From: a virus
IMG/VR virus record: IMGVR_UViG_3300033997_000406
Span: 20,432-84,431 of that record
Reading direction: 5' to 3' (one strand)
DNA: 64,000 nt
The notes beneath the pieces were generated by a model. That model was not told the DNA's origin. It searched no databases and saw only the letters and a program-made list of their open reading frames with translations. Below, piece after piece: positions 20,501 through 30,121 of the stretch. Both the position numbers and the translations under genes were made by a program. The stretch's first letter is position 1, and every line of letters begins with the position of its first letter.

Positions 20501-23500
20501 CAAACAACATGCACTTAATCCCGCACTCCGATTTTAACTTGGTGCTGATGACTAAAGAGCAGTATGCCGCTATCCCGATGAGACAAGAGACACTGGACGA
20601 AAACGCCAGAGATCACTTGTGGGCGCACCAGGATAAAGGCCACGTTGCGATGATGGCCAAAGGCTACAAAGAGCAAGCCAAAAAAGAGGCGGTGCTTAAT
20701 AAGTTCAGTGATGACGGCACAGAAAAGACGCATGAATACCCTTACTTTGAGGATATGAACTTTGACTTAGTGATCGCCGATGAAGGCCATAACTACCGCA
20801 ACAGTCAGAACCCCGGACAAGTCGGCCGGAACCTTGTCTATGTGTCTGCAGGTCAAGAGGCTCAAATCGCTGCTGATATGCGTCAAAAGCTGCACTACCT
20901 GAAACGCAAGTACAATGGTCGCGGCGCCATTCTCTTAACTGCCACCCCCACACCTAACAGCCCGCTGGACATTTACAACATGCTTAGTCATGTAATGACA
21001 GTCAGCGAGTGGCAAAAGCTCGGCATTGCGAACCAGGATGACTTTATTAAGCACTTTGGCGAAGTGTCTGAGGTCATGGTTAGTCGGATCAGTGGTGGCG
21101 TTGCATTTGTCGAAGGCCTCACTGGCTTTAAAAATCTTGACGCGCTGCGCTCACTGTTCCACCGCTGGATCAACAAGAAATCTGTTGAGGATGTTAAAGA
21201 GGACGTGAAAGTCCCAACAGTTGAAGATAAGGTGTCCGCCGTTCCGATGTCCGGCGATCAGAAGGCCGCTTATGAGCTACTGCGATACCGTGCAAAGCTT
21301 ATCAGCGATAAAGCTAAAGGCGTCGACAGCACAATAAATGCTTCACCACAGGAGCTGCTGCTAATTGAGCGCATAGAGTCGATGTATCCGGACGACCAGC
21401 TCTTTAGCATTATTCGTGACATGGACCGCGTTTGTTCTGATATGGAGCTTTTTAACGGGCGAATGACGTTTATTTTCCCGAAAGAAAAAGCACCAGCAGT
21501 ACGCCAGTTAGTAAAGTCTCTGCCTACTGAAAAAGTACGGATGGTAAACGACAAGAGCGAAAGCGGCGAAACTATCAAGGTGAAGCAAGTACTGCAGCTT
21601 AATGCAGTAGTCAACGAAAACCAGAACGGACATTTTACTGTCCAAATCAATGAATCCTTTGAAAGTGATCTGCTGGGGCTCCTGAAGCAGTCCGGCCTGA
21701 CACAGCAAGATATTACTCACCCATTAAGCCCTAAATACGCAAACCTGATTGAGAACTTAAAAGAGTCGATCAAGGATGGCGGCAAACAACTGGTATTTAG
21801 TGAAGAAAAATCACAGCACAAGAAGCTGCACCGGATAATTTGCCACCACTTGCAGCTAAGACCAGATCAAGTAGGTATTTTGAATGGAGACACTGTAACC
21901 GGCAAAGACAGCGTAACGAATGATGAGAATGCTAAGGCAACCAAAGCAAAAGCCGCACTTGATGATGAAGCCATTGAGCAGGAAGGTCTTGAGGGCATTG
22001 CAGCCAAATACAACTCTGGTCAGTTCAAAGTGCTGATCCTGAATAAAAAGGGAGAAGTGGGCGTAAACCTTCACATAGGTACCAGCGACATACACCACTT
22101 AACTTTGCCATGGACAAGAGACGCATTAGTTCAGCGAAACGGCCGAGGCGCCCGAGTGGGTGCGCCACAAGATAAAGTAAACAGTCATGTGTATGTTTGT
22201 AAGGATTCGTTTGACGTATTCCGCAAAGACACAATAGACCGCAAAGGAAGTTGGCAGGATGAACTGTTTTTAGGTGAAGCTATCCGCGTTGATAATGGTG
22301 ACGCAGAGCCTGACTTTGATATTGGCGCAATTATGTCGACCAACATTGAAGAGTACAAAGCCCAGGTGGCAGAGCAGAAGCGCAAAGCCGATGAAGCCCT
22401 TAAGCAGGAAAAGCGTACAGAAGCCTCAATTTCACTTCACAACCTGATCCGAACATCAAAGCTGATGCGCCGTGATATTGCGCCTGAGGAAGAAAAGGAG
22501 GCAAACCTTGCCGCCTTTGTTGCTGAGCGCCAGGCTACATTAAACAGCAAAACGGCAGCCCTTAACGAAGCCCGCGATAACTGGCAAGCAGCTAACAATG
22601 CCGGGCAAGACCAAACCACAGTCAATTATCTGCGAACCAAATACAAAGCAGCTAATGCCGCATCTGAAACGGCCCTTAAGGATTTACGAGCTGCGCAAAG
22701 TTCGCTCGGCAAACAGCGGGCTGTTATCGCTTCCATTGAGCGAGCCAAAACACAGGCAAAACTTTTGCGGGGCAATGTAGAAACGGCGATTGCTGCAGGG
22801 CTCTTATCCATCAACCTGGATGACTTAGAGCACGTCAGCAGTATGGCTGTTGCTGAAGGCCGAGTTTACAAAATTGGTCAGTACTATGAGTTTTTACTGA
22901 ATGGTGCCAACAGTACTCCTGCGATTGTAAAAATTGAAGAGTTCACTCCGGATCAAAGCCAGTGCAGCGCATTAGTGGTCTTAAATGCTGGCGGGAGAAC
23001 AAATACTGTTCGCACTATTCCGCTTAAGCAATTGGTAAATCAAACCCACTTTACTGAAACGGAAATTCAGTTACGCCAACAGCTTGCAACCGCTACATTT
23101 GACAACATAGCCCAGCTGGTCGGTCGGGACGAATTCTATTCACTGATAGAGCAGGGCGCCATTAACCCAAGCATGTACACGTACTATATTGAAGATGGCA
23201 AATTTAAAGGTGTTTCAGGCATCAACATAGTTCCTAAGGAAAGCCGTAATTCCATCGTTTATCCTGATCCAACATCAAGCAAGTTACGTGAAATGGTTAT
23301 CCAGTCAGGTCTTGAATCACTGAAAAGTAGCTATGGTTCAACATCGTTACACCCACTATGGAAAGCTGTACTTGGCGAAAATTACCTTGAAATTATAGGA
23401 AATGCGGACCCTTCACGCGAAACAGACGAACAGATAGCCGCCTGGCTACAAAATGCGGCTGATAAAACACCAGAATCATCATGGCCATATAGGAAAGTAC

Positions 23501-24354
23501 TTGATGCGGCAAAATCGGAAGAGTCCAGCGCCAAGAAATCCTATATCGATAGCATTTTCAGAACATATTTGAGGCGTTTAATACCCGGCACTACACAAGG
23601 TACGCGATACATATCCGCTATCACGGAATACTGCAGAACGTTAGAGGCTCAGTTTGACGTGGAGTTTGAAGAGTATCAGCAGAGAGTGGCAGACTTAAAT
23701 AGCAAACTCACCACTGACGCGCTTAATAGCCCTGAAGGTGCCATACGCGAGCGCTTAGCATCTTTGACGCCAGGCCTATGGAGATTTGTGACTTTTTACG
23801 ATAAAGCATCTGTTGATAAAATATTAGATGGTTCAAAGTATGAAAGCCTGAATCAGATAATGGCAGACTTAGTTAATGTTGGTTACACAGGCCATGGCTC
23901 AGTTAACACCACAAATTATGCGATGCCTAACAAAGAGTTGCTGAGACTCACAGCAAGACTTTGGGATGAAGCTAAATACAGCCGTGAAAAACTGACTAAG
24001 TTTATTGATAGCGGAGTACCGCAAGCTGAAGAGGCTACAGCCACAACTGCAGGCGTTTCAGTTGAACAGATGGCAGATATACCATTTGCTCAAGCCCTGC
24101 TGGATAAGCACGGCATACAAGCTAAACGGAATACCAAGCCTGTAAAAGGTAAGGGCGCTTATGCCTGGATAGGGTTGTTTGACCCGAAGGGCTATGGCCA
24201 CGTTTTACAAAAGAGTCTGGCGGGGAAAGGAAATCCAAACAAAGAGCGCTTAGGGGCCGTATGGTATTCTAAAGCCGGTGACGAAATGGAAAACTATTGG
24301 TTGATACCTGCTGACGTGGACCCGTCCATTGTCGCTGATGTTTTTGACCTGTAA
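17578..24354 (+). CDS. darB: DarB-like antirestriction protein (methyltransferase plus SNF2 helicase)
   Basis: 2258 aa; EYYTP, LEPSCATG, NAPF; GTGLGKT, DEGH, TATP, QRNGRGAR. Confidence 0.92.
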   Translation: MDQTKFAIQAGRATSVRQLISVFDSFLPQSAPAAEEETEGGTRAQARRKSNAAALAILARNPDPSLLTAGEKQALWAYSGRGGIGDSTNEYYTPPVLAKGVWSHFQAYGFENGNVLEPSCATGIFNNLKPDNVIITGAEVDPTSSRINQLLHPTDTIHNMPFEALAKATPDSTFDGVIGNAPFGRRLNTFAAQDDVYRDLKTNEQYFIARSIDKVKPGHLVSLIVNTSIVSTKGLAKFRAMISRKAEFLGAHRFPSGTFSANGSDSVVTDLVVFRKHPDELAEKMLDMTDEQLQEANVLWDTFISGRWFDAEGRKFIHGEVISGAGQWGSDLVVIPGMPKAEQGQRLSPHQRIEKANVINAHNETIAKALSKRFESRIDWDLIGAAEPVIANYVDGDRRLINGRWFEMTDGQWLQVALTDAKGSLDATMYGFTSVSAIKDAMTDSRSAIDIPFNQLSNIYQNLRDTLPFDVVSAFRLADQAPAEHRERLVKGALIGARLRAFNERQLIDPDYDSELIELREMCAAMHRKFGDSNKVRGIKKLTGESAASYNFFKSALDKDGNYRDLLSGNVERRAIAQYSNDNPSHVIEQLTATVVSSITLDEFRQSYTGPDAELSDAEFLDKLALYENIAIDQFGNLQLMDRAIAGDVAKNNSRLMSALANETLSDVVKFNIARQLDMIKSRRKWTDASRISFGLRDQFIPRQTVLEFLQQEGFSHLKYVGIEQKSVEEAGEESLVEVDMPEEQNGIFTGYYTQGGKQKTRKDDDGGTFGAQLEKYLNGLGVRSADAKENSKYRDRIRGMEKRFQIWLRQHDSADDIVAAYNDMFNGHVEFEHSDAPINFEGVSGEVLHKGYQNSAIRRLSEDGRGILGFGTGLGKTFAALGAAKYGVQTGRNRKVCIVMPKAVNENWINETVLFYGGGNLSKVLFVGYELEQKDGALSTRPVLDGKGQQKLNPLTGNALTTPVLRELSAAEITNNMHLIPHSDFNLVLMTKEQYAAIPMRQETLDENARDHLWAHQDKGHVAMMAKGYKEQAKKEAVLNKFSDDGTEKTHEYPYFEDMNFDLVIADEGHNYRNSQNPGQVGRNLVYVSAGQEAQIAADMRQKLHYLKRKYNGRGAILLTATPTPNSPLDIYNMLSHVMTVSEWQKLGIANQDDFIKHFGEVSEVMVSRISGGVAFVEGLTGFKNLDALRSLFHRWINKKSVEDVKEDVKVPTVEDKVSAVPMSGDQKAAYELLRYRAKLISDKAKGVDSTINASPQELLLIERIESMYPDDQLFSIIRDMDRVCSDMELFNGRMTFIFPKEKAPAVRQLVKSLPTEKVRMVNDKSESGETIKVKQVLQLNAVVNENQNGHFTVQINESFESDLLGLLKQSGLTQQDITHPLSPKYANLIENLKESIKDGGKQLVFSEEKSQHKKLHRIICHHLQLRPDQVGILNGDTVTGKDSVTNDENAKATKAKAALDDEAIEQEGLEGIAAKYNSGQFKVLILNKKGEVGVNLHIGTSDIHHLTLPWTRDALVQRNGRGARVGAPQDKVNSHVYVCKDSFDVFRKDTIDRKGSWQDELFLGEAIRVDNGDAEPDFDIGAIMSTNIEEYKAQVAEQKRKADEALKQEKRTEASISLHNLIRTSKLMRRDIAPEEEKEANLAAFVAERQATLNSKTAALNEARDNWQAANNAGQDQTTVNYLRTKYKAANAASETALKDLRAAQSSLGKQRAVIASIERAKTQAKLLRGNVETAIAAGLLSINLDDLEHVSSMAVAEGRVYKIGQYYEFLLNGANSTPAIVKIEEFTPDQSQCSALVVLNAGGRTNTVRTIPLKQLVNQTHFTETEIQLRQQLATATFDNIAQLVGRDEFYSLIEQGAINPSMYTYYIEDGKFKGVSGINIVPKESRNSIVYPDPTSSKLREMVIQSGLESLKSSYGSTSLHPLWKAVLGENYLEIIGNADPSRETDEQIAAWLQNAADKTPESSWPYRKVLDAAKSEESSAKKSYIDSIFRTYLRRLIPGTTQGTRYISAITEYCRTLEAQFDVEFEEYQQRVADLNSKLTTDALNSPEGAIRERLASLTPGLWRFVTFYDKASVDKILDGSKYESLNQIMADLVNVGYTGHGSVNTTNYAMPNKELLRLTARLWDEAKYSREKLTKFIDSGVPQAEEATATTAGVSVEQMADIPFAQALLDKHGIQAKRNTKPVKGKGAYAWIGLFDPKGYGHVLQKSLAGKGNPNKERLGAVWYSKAGDEMENYWLIPADVDPSIVADVFDL

Positions 24355-24416
24355 ATCACTTGGGGTTGACGACCAATTAACAATGTCAATCCCTTTATAA
24401 TCAATAGGATAGTGTT

Positions 24417-24851
24417 ATGGATTTAGATAAGTTACCGGATGATATTTTACGCTCATTTATTGAAGATAACCGGGGCGGATTGACGGACGACGATTTTGTA
24501 AATCGGTATCTGGATACAGTAATTGACGGGCTGATGCTTAACCCTCTGCTATACCGCACGTATGGCGGGTATTGGTGGCCTTTAAAGCGCCTGCTGATTG
24601 CCAGACCAGACTATAAGCCTGAATGCGGCGATAGCTTTGACACCGATTTAAACCAGCTATTCAGTCACAGCGAAGATATTTTAACAGTTGCGGCTGCTTA
24701 TCTGGAGCAGGCTAAGAATCTGGCGGACAAGATGCTGAGCGACAACCATTTTGTTTACGATGTAGCCGGTGGCGAATCGTTTGAGCTGACACTGGAAGAT
24801 CCGGGCATGGAAAGGCTGCTTTTTGCTGAGCGGTTCGCGCAAAGTTTATGA
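24417..24851 (+). CDS. ulx: Ulx-like protein (DarB packaging aid)
   Basis: 144 aa directly after darB as in P1; YRTYGGYWWPLK. Confidence 0.65.
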   Translation: MDLDKLPDDILRSFIEDNRGGLTDDDFVNRYLDTVIDGLMLNPLLYRTYGGYWWPLKRLLIARPDYKPECGDSFDTDLNQLFSHSEDILTVAAAYLEQAKNLADKMLSDNHFVYDVAGGESFELTLEDPGMERLLFAERFAQSL

Positions 24852-24914
24852 TGCACCTGTCTTATCGATTGCCCCCAATTGAAAGGCAGTAAGCCCCCTC
24901 AGCTTGCTTAAACA

Positions 24915-24939
24915 AAAAGCCCGCGCAATGCGGGCTTTT
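24915..24939. terminator. bidirectional terminator
   Basis: AAAAGCCCGC-gcaat-GCGGGCTTTT between convergent genes. Confidence 0.85.
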
Positions 24940-24955
24940 CTTTGGGCGAATAGAA

Positions 24956-26335
24956 CTAAGCACCAGCAGGGCTTAAATCAAGACCTTGGCAGTTTAGGAA
25001 AAATCGTTGCACCGGTACCAGAGCCTGAAGGTAATCAATACTTTGCCCTAAAATCTGATGGCCAACAGTCGGGCCGCAGTTTCTTATAAGCACAGGCGGA
25101 ATTTGCTTTACCGCAGCATGTTCGCCCAACGTCAATAGGCGCTCTTTTCCATCCGGACGAACAACAAAAGGCTCTGAAGAACGTTTTTTGTTGTAGTGGC
25201 GGCCGATCACACCAATAGATTCGGTATCTGCCGTTATGAGTTGGCGATTTGCATAGCCATGGCCTGCAGCTTCATCGCGTACCTGCTTGTCTTTTAAGTA
25301 CTGGTTATCAGACCACATGGACTCAGGCGCGTTAATATCCAGAATCTCACCAAAGGAGTTTTGCTTTTTCGGTAAGTAAAAATCGAAAACCCCTTCAAGC
25401 CACTTTGCTGGCAATCCGCTTGATAACGCCATAAACCAGTAGCGCGGGCGGGCCTCAAAGCTGCCTGTATTTTGGTTGGTTAATATCTTTTCAATAATAA
25501 CGTACCCAAGCCGGATCAGCTCTTGTTTTAACAGTATGTAGATTGGGCTGTCTTTAGCGTCCTTCACATTTTCGCTTGTGATCATGGCTGGGTTTGATGC
25601 AACTATGATGTCTCTTATTCCGAAAAGAGCGGTGCCGGATTCGTGTTCTTCTGCACTTAGTTTGTGCTTCGATTTACCTGCTTGGGATATGCCAGCACAA
25701 GGCAAGCTAAATGTTAAAACGTCGACCTGAGACAAGTACTTGGTTTCCAACTCTTCCAGTGTCGACTCAAAGCAGGCTGTTTCGTCTGTAATGGCATAGC
25801 TATTTGCAAATGCGGATTGCAGGTAACGAATATCGGCATCTACAACCCAAGCGAGCTTACCCTTCAGGCCTGCACCGACTATGCCGTCATGCGCTGCTGT
25901 GGTGCTGATAGCTCCACCCGTGCAGCAACTGCCTTCTGTAACTTCACCATTAGCCAAATGCTCAATAAATCTAGCTTCTCGCTCTGCCTGTCTCTGGCGC
26001 TCATGGTGGATAGAAATAGTGATAGAGCCAGCTGTGAAAATTGCCCTGATTTTTGTCCCTATAGGGTAATCTTCCTTGTACGGCGTCATAGTCATATCAA
26101 TGACCGGGATAATTACGCCGAATTTAGTCTTGCCAACAACCACGTAATCGCCATCAGGGGAAAGAGTCAGTGTGATCGTATCGCCCACTCGTTCACGTTT
26201 ATATTTTTCGCCCTTTGCAAAGCCCGCCATTTCAAGTTTTGCGCCATCAATCCAGAGCCTGGAGCCGTTACGATGCTTTGTAACTGTTCTGTAACTAAGC
26301 TGCTTAAGCTTACCTATCACGCCTAATAAACCCAC
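24956..26335 (-). CDS. C5-cytosine DNA methyltransferase with extra N-terminal domain
   Basis: SLPC, ENV, RPRYW and GQSI motifs; degenerate motif I. Confidence 0.82.
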   Translation of the reverse strand: MGLLGVIGKLKQLSYRTVTKHRNGSRLWIDGAKLEMAGFAKGEKYKRERVGDTITLTLSPDGDYVVVGKTKFGVIIPVIDMTMTPYKEDYPIGTKIRAIFTAGSITISIHHERQRQAEREARFIEHLANGEVTEGSCCTGGAISTTAAHDGIVGAGLKGKLAWVVDADIRYLQSAFANSYAITDETACFESTLEELETKYLSQVDVLTFSLPCAGISQAGKSKHKLSAEEHESGTALFGIRDIIVASNPAMITSENVKDAKDSPIYILLKQELIRLGYVIIEKILTNQNTGSFEARPRYWFMALSSGLPAKWLEGVFDFYLPKKQNSFGEILDINAPESMWSDNQYLKDKQVRDEAAGHGYANRQLITADTESIGVIGRHYNKKRSSEPFVVRPDGKERLLTLGEHAAVKQIPPVLIRNCGPTVGHQILGQSIDYLQALVPVQRFFLNCQGLDLSPAGA

Positions 26336-26468
26336 TTAAAACACCTCTTTTTAGCAAATATCATAACAGTTGATATTAATTATTAATTCAGATGTTATCT
26401 TTTACTTTAATTGGTGTATATACTGCAAGCCATTAAATTATTAATTAACCAGCACCAGCAAAAGGTAA

Positions 26469-26879
26469 GTGATGACTGAAAAGACATCGGACGGCCTCAC
26501 AGCCAGGCAGAGAAATATTAGAAATCAGAACAACAACCGCAAGAATATGCCGCGAGTAGGGCCGTTCTACATCAGCGAGGCCCAGCTGTTTTTGTTTAAT
26601 CAGCAAGCAGCTCTGCACGGCTCGAAAAAGGCGGCATTTGCTGCAGGCCTGCAGCGGCTAAGTGCAACAAGTGCTGATGTGGTTATTAGTCGTGAACTGC
26701 TGCACAACCTACTGAGTGCAGCCAGTGGATTTAGAGGCTATATCGACGCCATACCCGCAGATGTTGAACTGTCCGACATGCCTGGCTTAGATAGGGATTT
26801 AGCAGATGAAGCGATTTATTTAGTGGGTGCGCTGATTCATTCAAAGACTCTGAGCAGTAACAGAAGGATAAATAGATGA
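26469..26879 (+). CDS. hypothetical protein
   Basis: First ORF of the plus-strand accessory run; AAGGT RBS. Confidence 0.65.
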   Translation: MMTEKTSDGLTARQRNIRNQNNNRKNMPRVGPFYISEAQLFLFNQQAALHGSKKAAFAAGLQRLSATSADVVISRELLHNLLSAASGFRGYIDAIPADVELSDMPGLDRDLADEAIYLVGALIHSKTLSSNRRINR

Positions 26880-27190
26880 ACGATAAAAAACCTGTAACCG
26901 GCACCCATGATGCGATAGCCGTTCTATCGCAACTGTCCGGGATTGATAAGACTGAAATTGGGGCTATGGCCGCTCAGATAAAAGCTAATCATGCCAAGTT
27001 AGACAGCTGTAGCTATCACGAATTTGAACCCACAGGGGCGGTACCAGCTTCAATAATGCGCCAAAAATATCAGTGTAAGAACTGCGGCGGAACAATAGAT
27101 AGATCCGCATACATTTGGCACGAACGCGGCAGACGCGCCAATCCAGCAGCGCAGAAATCAAGCTCAGTTGAAGGCAATCAGAATGGCTAA
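26876..27190 (+). CDS. hypothetical zinc-binding protein
   Basis: CSYHEF...CKNCGG. Confidence 0.65.
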   Translation: MNDKKPVTGTHDAIAVLSQLSGIDKTEIGAMAAQIKANHAKLDSCSYHEFEPTGAVPASIMRQKYQCKNCGGTIDRSAYIWHERGRRANPAAQKSSSVEGNQNG

Positions 27191-27515
27191 ACAGTATCCT
27201 TTAGTTATAGAGAATGTGGGAAGTGACGTTTACGCCGTTATGTCAAAAGGGCACCATGACCCGGACCTGTTTATGACAGCTGTAAGGCAGGAATATAACT
27301 GGCCGCTTGGCAATCCTGAGCATGTGTGGATCAAGTCTACTCCTTGCAATACTGGCGAATATTCGGCGCATTACAACATTGTTGAAAAAGGCACTCGCGG
27401 AGCCTGGCCAGCGACTTACAGCTGGGAAGCTTACGGCGAAGAGCAATATATGCCAAAAGCTCAGCACCAGCCAAATAGTGAATTGTCGGATAATAGAATG
27501 CAGGGCTTTCAATGA
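27183..27515 (+). CDS. hypothetical phage protein
   Basis: MSKGHHD...GAWPAT; overlaps the upstream stop. Confidence 0.65.
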   Translation: MAKQYPLVIENVGSDVYAVMSKGHHDPDLFMTAVRQEYNWPLGNPEHVWIKSTPCNTGEYSAHYNIVEKGTRGAWPATYSWEAYGEEQYMPKAQHQPNSELSDNRMQGFQ

Positions 27516-27666
27516 TGGATTAAAGTACACACCTTAATTCTAATTGATTCAATGAGGGTGAAAATATGGTCGAGTTTATTGTTTCTGGTGGTGGCGTTGA
27601 GCCGCCTTTAACAACGTTTATTCTGATAACTTCAGTGCTTATCAAAGTGATGCAGGTCAGACAATA

Positions 27667-27852
27667 ATGACTGATAACGAAAAAGATGAATTGTCTAAAT
27701 ACTGTAAAAATAACTGTGGACTGGATGCCACAGAAGTTGCTGATTTAGCACAAGTGCCACGCCGGACATTTTACGACTGGTGGAGTGGCCGCCGCAGAGC
27801 CGTAGAGCTAATAGTTAAAGGCATCAAAGCAGAGCTGGAACAAAACAAATGA
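27667..27852 (+). CDS. small HTH protein
   Basis: ATEVADLAQVPRRTFYDWW. Confidence 0.65.
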   Translation: MTDNEKDELSKYCKNNCGLDATEVADLAQVPRRTFYDWWSGRRRAVELIVKGIKAELEQNK

Positions 27853-27902
27853 GCGGCATTCGCTCATAATGTCTTTACATGTGTGCGATATTCGCTCATA
27901 AT
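27849..27902 (+). promoter_or_regulatory. sigma70 promoter with two operator-like sites
   Basis: TTTACA-17-CATAAT; ATGAGCG-N5-CGCTCAT and GTGTGCG-N5-CGCTCAT. Confidence 0.65.
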
Positions 27903-27933
27903 TGATTTATATTAACTAAATGAGAAACGCGCC

Positions 27934-28209
27934 ATGCAAAGAGTTCAGGTGATGACTGCTGCAGAACTTCAGAAAGACGGTTCTTTTATAAAACAAATTC
28001 ATGCTGTTTATGCTTCGATAGAATCGGCTAGGGCTGAAATGCAAAGGATAGCTGACACTTTCAACTCAGAAGATGGGCTTTATAAAGATTGGCGCGCCGA
28101 GACTCCAATAGGCCAGGTTGATGCTCTGTCATTGGAGCGTTTAGAAGGCAATCATTATCAGTGCCAGACCTTCTACAAAATTCGGCCCTACAACGTAATA
28201 GCTGAGTAA
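27934..28209 (+). CDS. hypothetical protein
   Basis: 91-aa ORF. Confidence 0.65.
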   Translation: MQRVQVMTAAELQKDGSFIKQIHAVYASIESARAEMQRIADTFNSEDGLYKDWRAETPIGQVDALSLERLEGNHYQCQTFYKIRPYNVIAE

Positions 28210-28211
28210 GG

Positions 28212-29282
28212 ATGGATCGAATGAGCTTTCAATTTACAGCAACAAAGGGTACTCAGGGCGGCAAAATATATTATGTCGCCAACGTTACTTTTGGCGCTCT
28301 GTCGCGGGTTCTGGCTATTGACTCAGGTGAAGTGATGGAGCGTTCACAGCGCGAAATTGAAAAACCAAGAGCCACAAAAATTCAATCGTATCTGAACGAA
28401 AACAGGGAAAGCTATGTGCTGCCAGCGCTAACAGGGATTGTTGACGATCCTAATTTGCTTTTTGAGGAGTTTGGTCATGCCGGTTCTGGTGTGGGGCGAC
28501 TTAGCTTGTCGCTGGACGCGGAGATAAAATTGTTTGACGGACAGCATAGAGCGACTGGCATCCGGCAAGTCCTTAAGCAAAACAACTATATGAAGAACGA
28601 TCAGATTGCTTTGCAATTATTTGTCGGTATGGATTTGCTGCAGCGTCAGCAGGCCTTTTCAGACATAAACAGCAATGCTAAGCCAGTCAGCAAGAGTTTG
28701 AATATGGCATATAGCCACCGTGATACAAATGTCCAGCCAATAGTCACTGCGATTGGTCATATATACGGATGGGCTGGCCGCATTGATTATGAAAACAATA
28801 CAGTACCAAAAGACAGTGAAAACATATTCTCACTGCGTAACATCGTACAGGCCTGCAGAATCCATGAAGGTTGCAGCAAGAATCAAATGCTGGCTCGCAA
28901 TGCTTATTTGACTATGAGTAGGTACTGGAATGACATTGGTACTACTGTAGGCTGGTTCTTTTTTGAAGATGGTGCAGTTAAACAAATACCACGTTCAGAA
29001 GGTATGGCCGCAGGGAATATATTTTTTACCGTTGCAGGCCTGATGGTGTTGGCTCGGGTAGGACACAAGGTGGGGCAGTTGCCAGGCTACGACCCTGATC
29101 GAATGAAATTGCTTAATACCGTTTTGCGTCAGGTAGGCCAGCATCGTGACTCCCCGTTTTGGAGGGGTAACATTGTCAAAGAGAACGGCAATATGGATGC
29201 GTCTACAAGAGCACAAATTACGGCCGCAGATGCGATTATGGAACTGTTCTCTAAAGCCCTAAGTCGTTCTCTGAATACTTAA
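28212..29282 (+). CDS. DGQHR-domain (DndB-like) protein
   Basis: RSQRE, LFDGQHR, QQAFSDIN..AKPVSKSL. Confidence 0.88.
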   Translation: MDRMSFQFTATKGTQGGKIYYVANVTFGALSRVLAIDSGEVMERSQREIEKPRATKIQSYLNENRESYVLPALTGIVDDPNLLFEEFGHAGSGVGRLSLSLDAEIKLFDGQHRATGIRQVLKQNNYMKNDQIALQLFVGMDLLQRQQAFSDINSNAKPVSKSLNMAYSHRDTNVQPIVTAIGHIYGWAGRIDYENNTVPKDSENIFSLRNIVQACRIHEGCSKNQMLARNAYLTMSRYWNDIGTTVGWFFFEDGAVKQIPRSEGMAAGNIFFTVAGLMVLARVGHKVGQLPGYDPDRMKLLNTVLRQVGQHRDSPFWRGNIVKENGNMDASTRAQITAADAIMELFSKALSRSLNT

Positions 29283-29333
29283 TTTATAAGCTGCGCCTGC
29301 TAGTCAGGTGCAATCATTTTGTTAGGGGAAAGC

Positions 29334-29765
29334 ATGGCAGACGTAATTTATCAAAGGGTGGCAAGTTTCACGCCTGTAGTTCAGCCAAATCACCGCGCTG
29401 CCATATGTCAGCTTCATGCGCTGGGCTACAAGCCTTTTCATTTGGCGGCGGTATTCCCTTACAAGATAAATACTATAAAAACAATTGTTAGCCGATTAAA
29501 GCCGTTTAAGCCTGTCGTCCTAAAGGATATACCTGAGGCGGTTCTACTAATGACGGGAGCTGTTAAGTTTAAAAAAGGCCTACTCAGTCCATACGAATAT
29601 AATGTACTTCTCACTGAAGGGCTTAGCGCTTATTTGGAAAAAACAGGTCGCTCTGAAGAATCAATTGCTCGCGACCATTTTTATCCATCGGGTAAGTTTT
29701 TAAATAGATCTAGGTTTACAGCTGAGGAGCTTCGCGCAGCAGTTTTACCTGCTGCATCCAGATAG
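29334..29765 (+). CDS. hypothetical protein, possible HTH
   Basis: ATG with GGGGA RBS. Confidence 0.6.
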   Translation: MADVIYQRVASFTPVVQPNHRAAICQLHALGYKPFHLAAVFPYKINTIKTIVSRLKPFKPVVLKDIPEAVLLMTGAVKFKKGLLSPYEYNVLLTEGLSAYLEKTGRSEESIARDHFYPSGKFLNRSRFTAEELRAAVLPAASR

Positions 29766-29842
29766 TTTAGGCGTATCGGAAGCTAAAAGGCGTCCGTCAA
29801 ATTGACGATTTAAGATAATTCAAAGTACAGGAAACCCCGAAC

Positions 29843-30100
29843 ATGGCAGAGTTAAACGGAAAATCACCAGCAGCAACCAACAACTTTGGAATTGAGCAGG
29901 TCAGAATTATTGCTAGTGAGTTATTTGATGGCGACAGCACAAGGTTTAGTGAGCTTGTTCAGGGGGCGGATGCAAAGTTTCGCCGCCTTGAGGCTTTAGA
30001 AAATCTTTGTACTGATTTGGTAAAGCGTAGTCCTGGCGGCTGTTATTTTCTGCCCTGGGCTGAGCGTTTTGCCAGTCTGGGTATCAAGTCAAAAAACTAA
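29843..30100 (+). CDS. hypothetical protein
   Basis: ORF with RBS. Confidence 0.6.
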   Translation: MAELNGKSPAATNNFGIEQVRIIASELFDGDSTRFSELVQGADAKFRRLEALENLCTDLVKRSPGGCYFLPWAERFASLGIKSKN

Positions 30101-30121
30101 TTTAACTAGGTAGGATAACCC

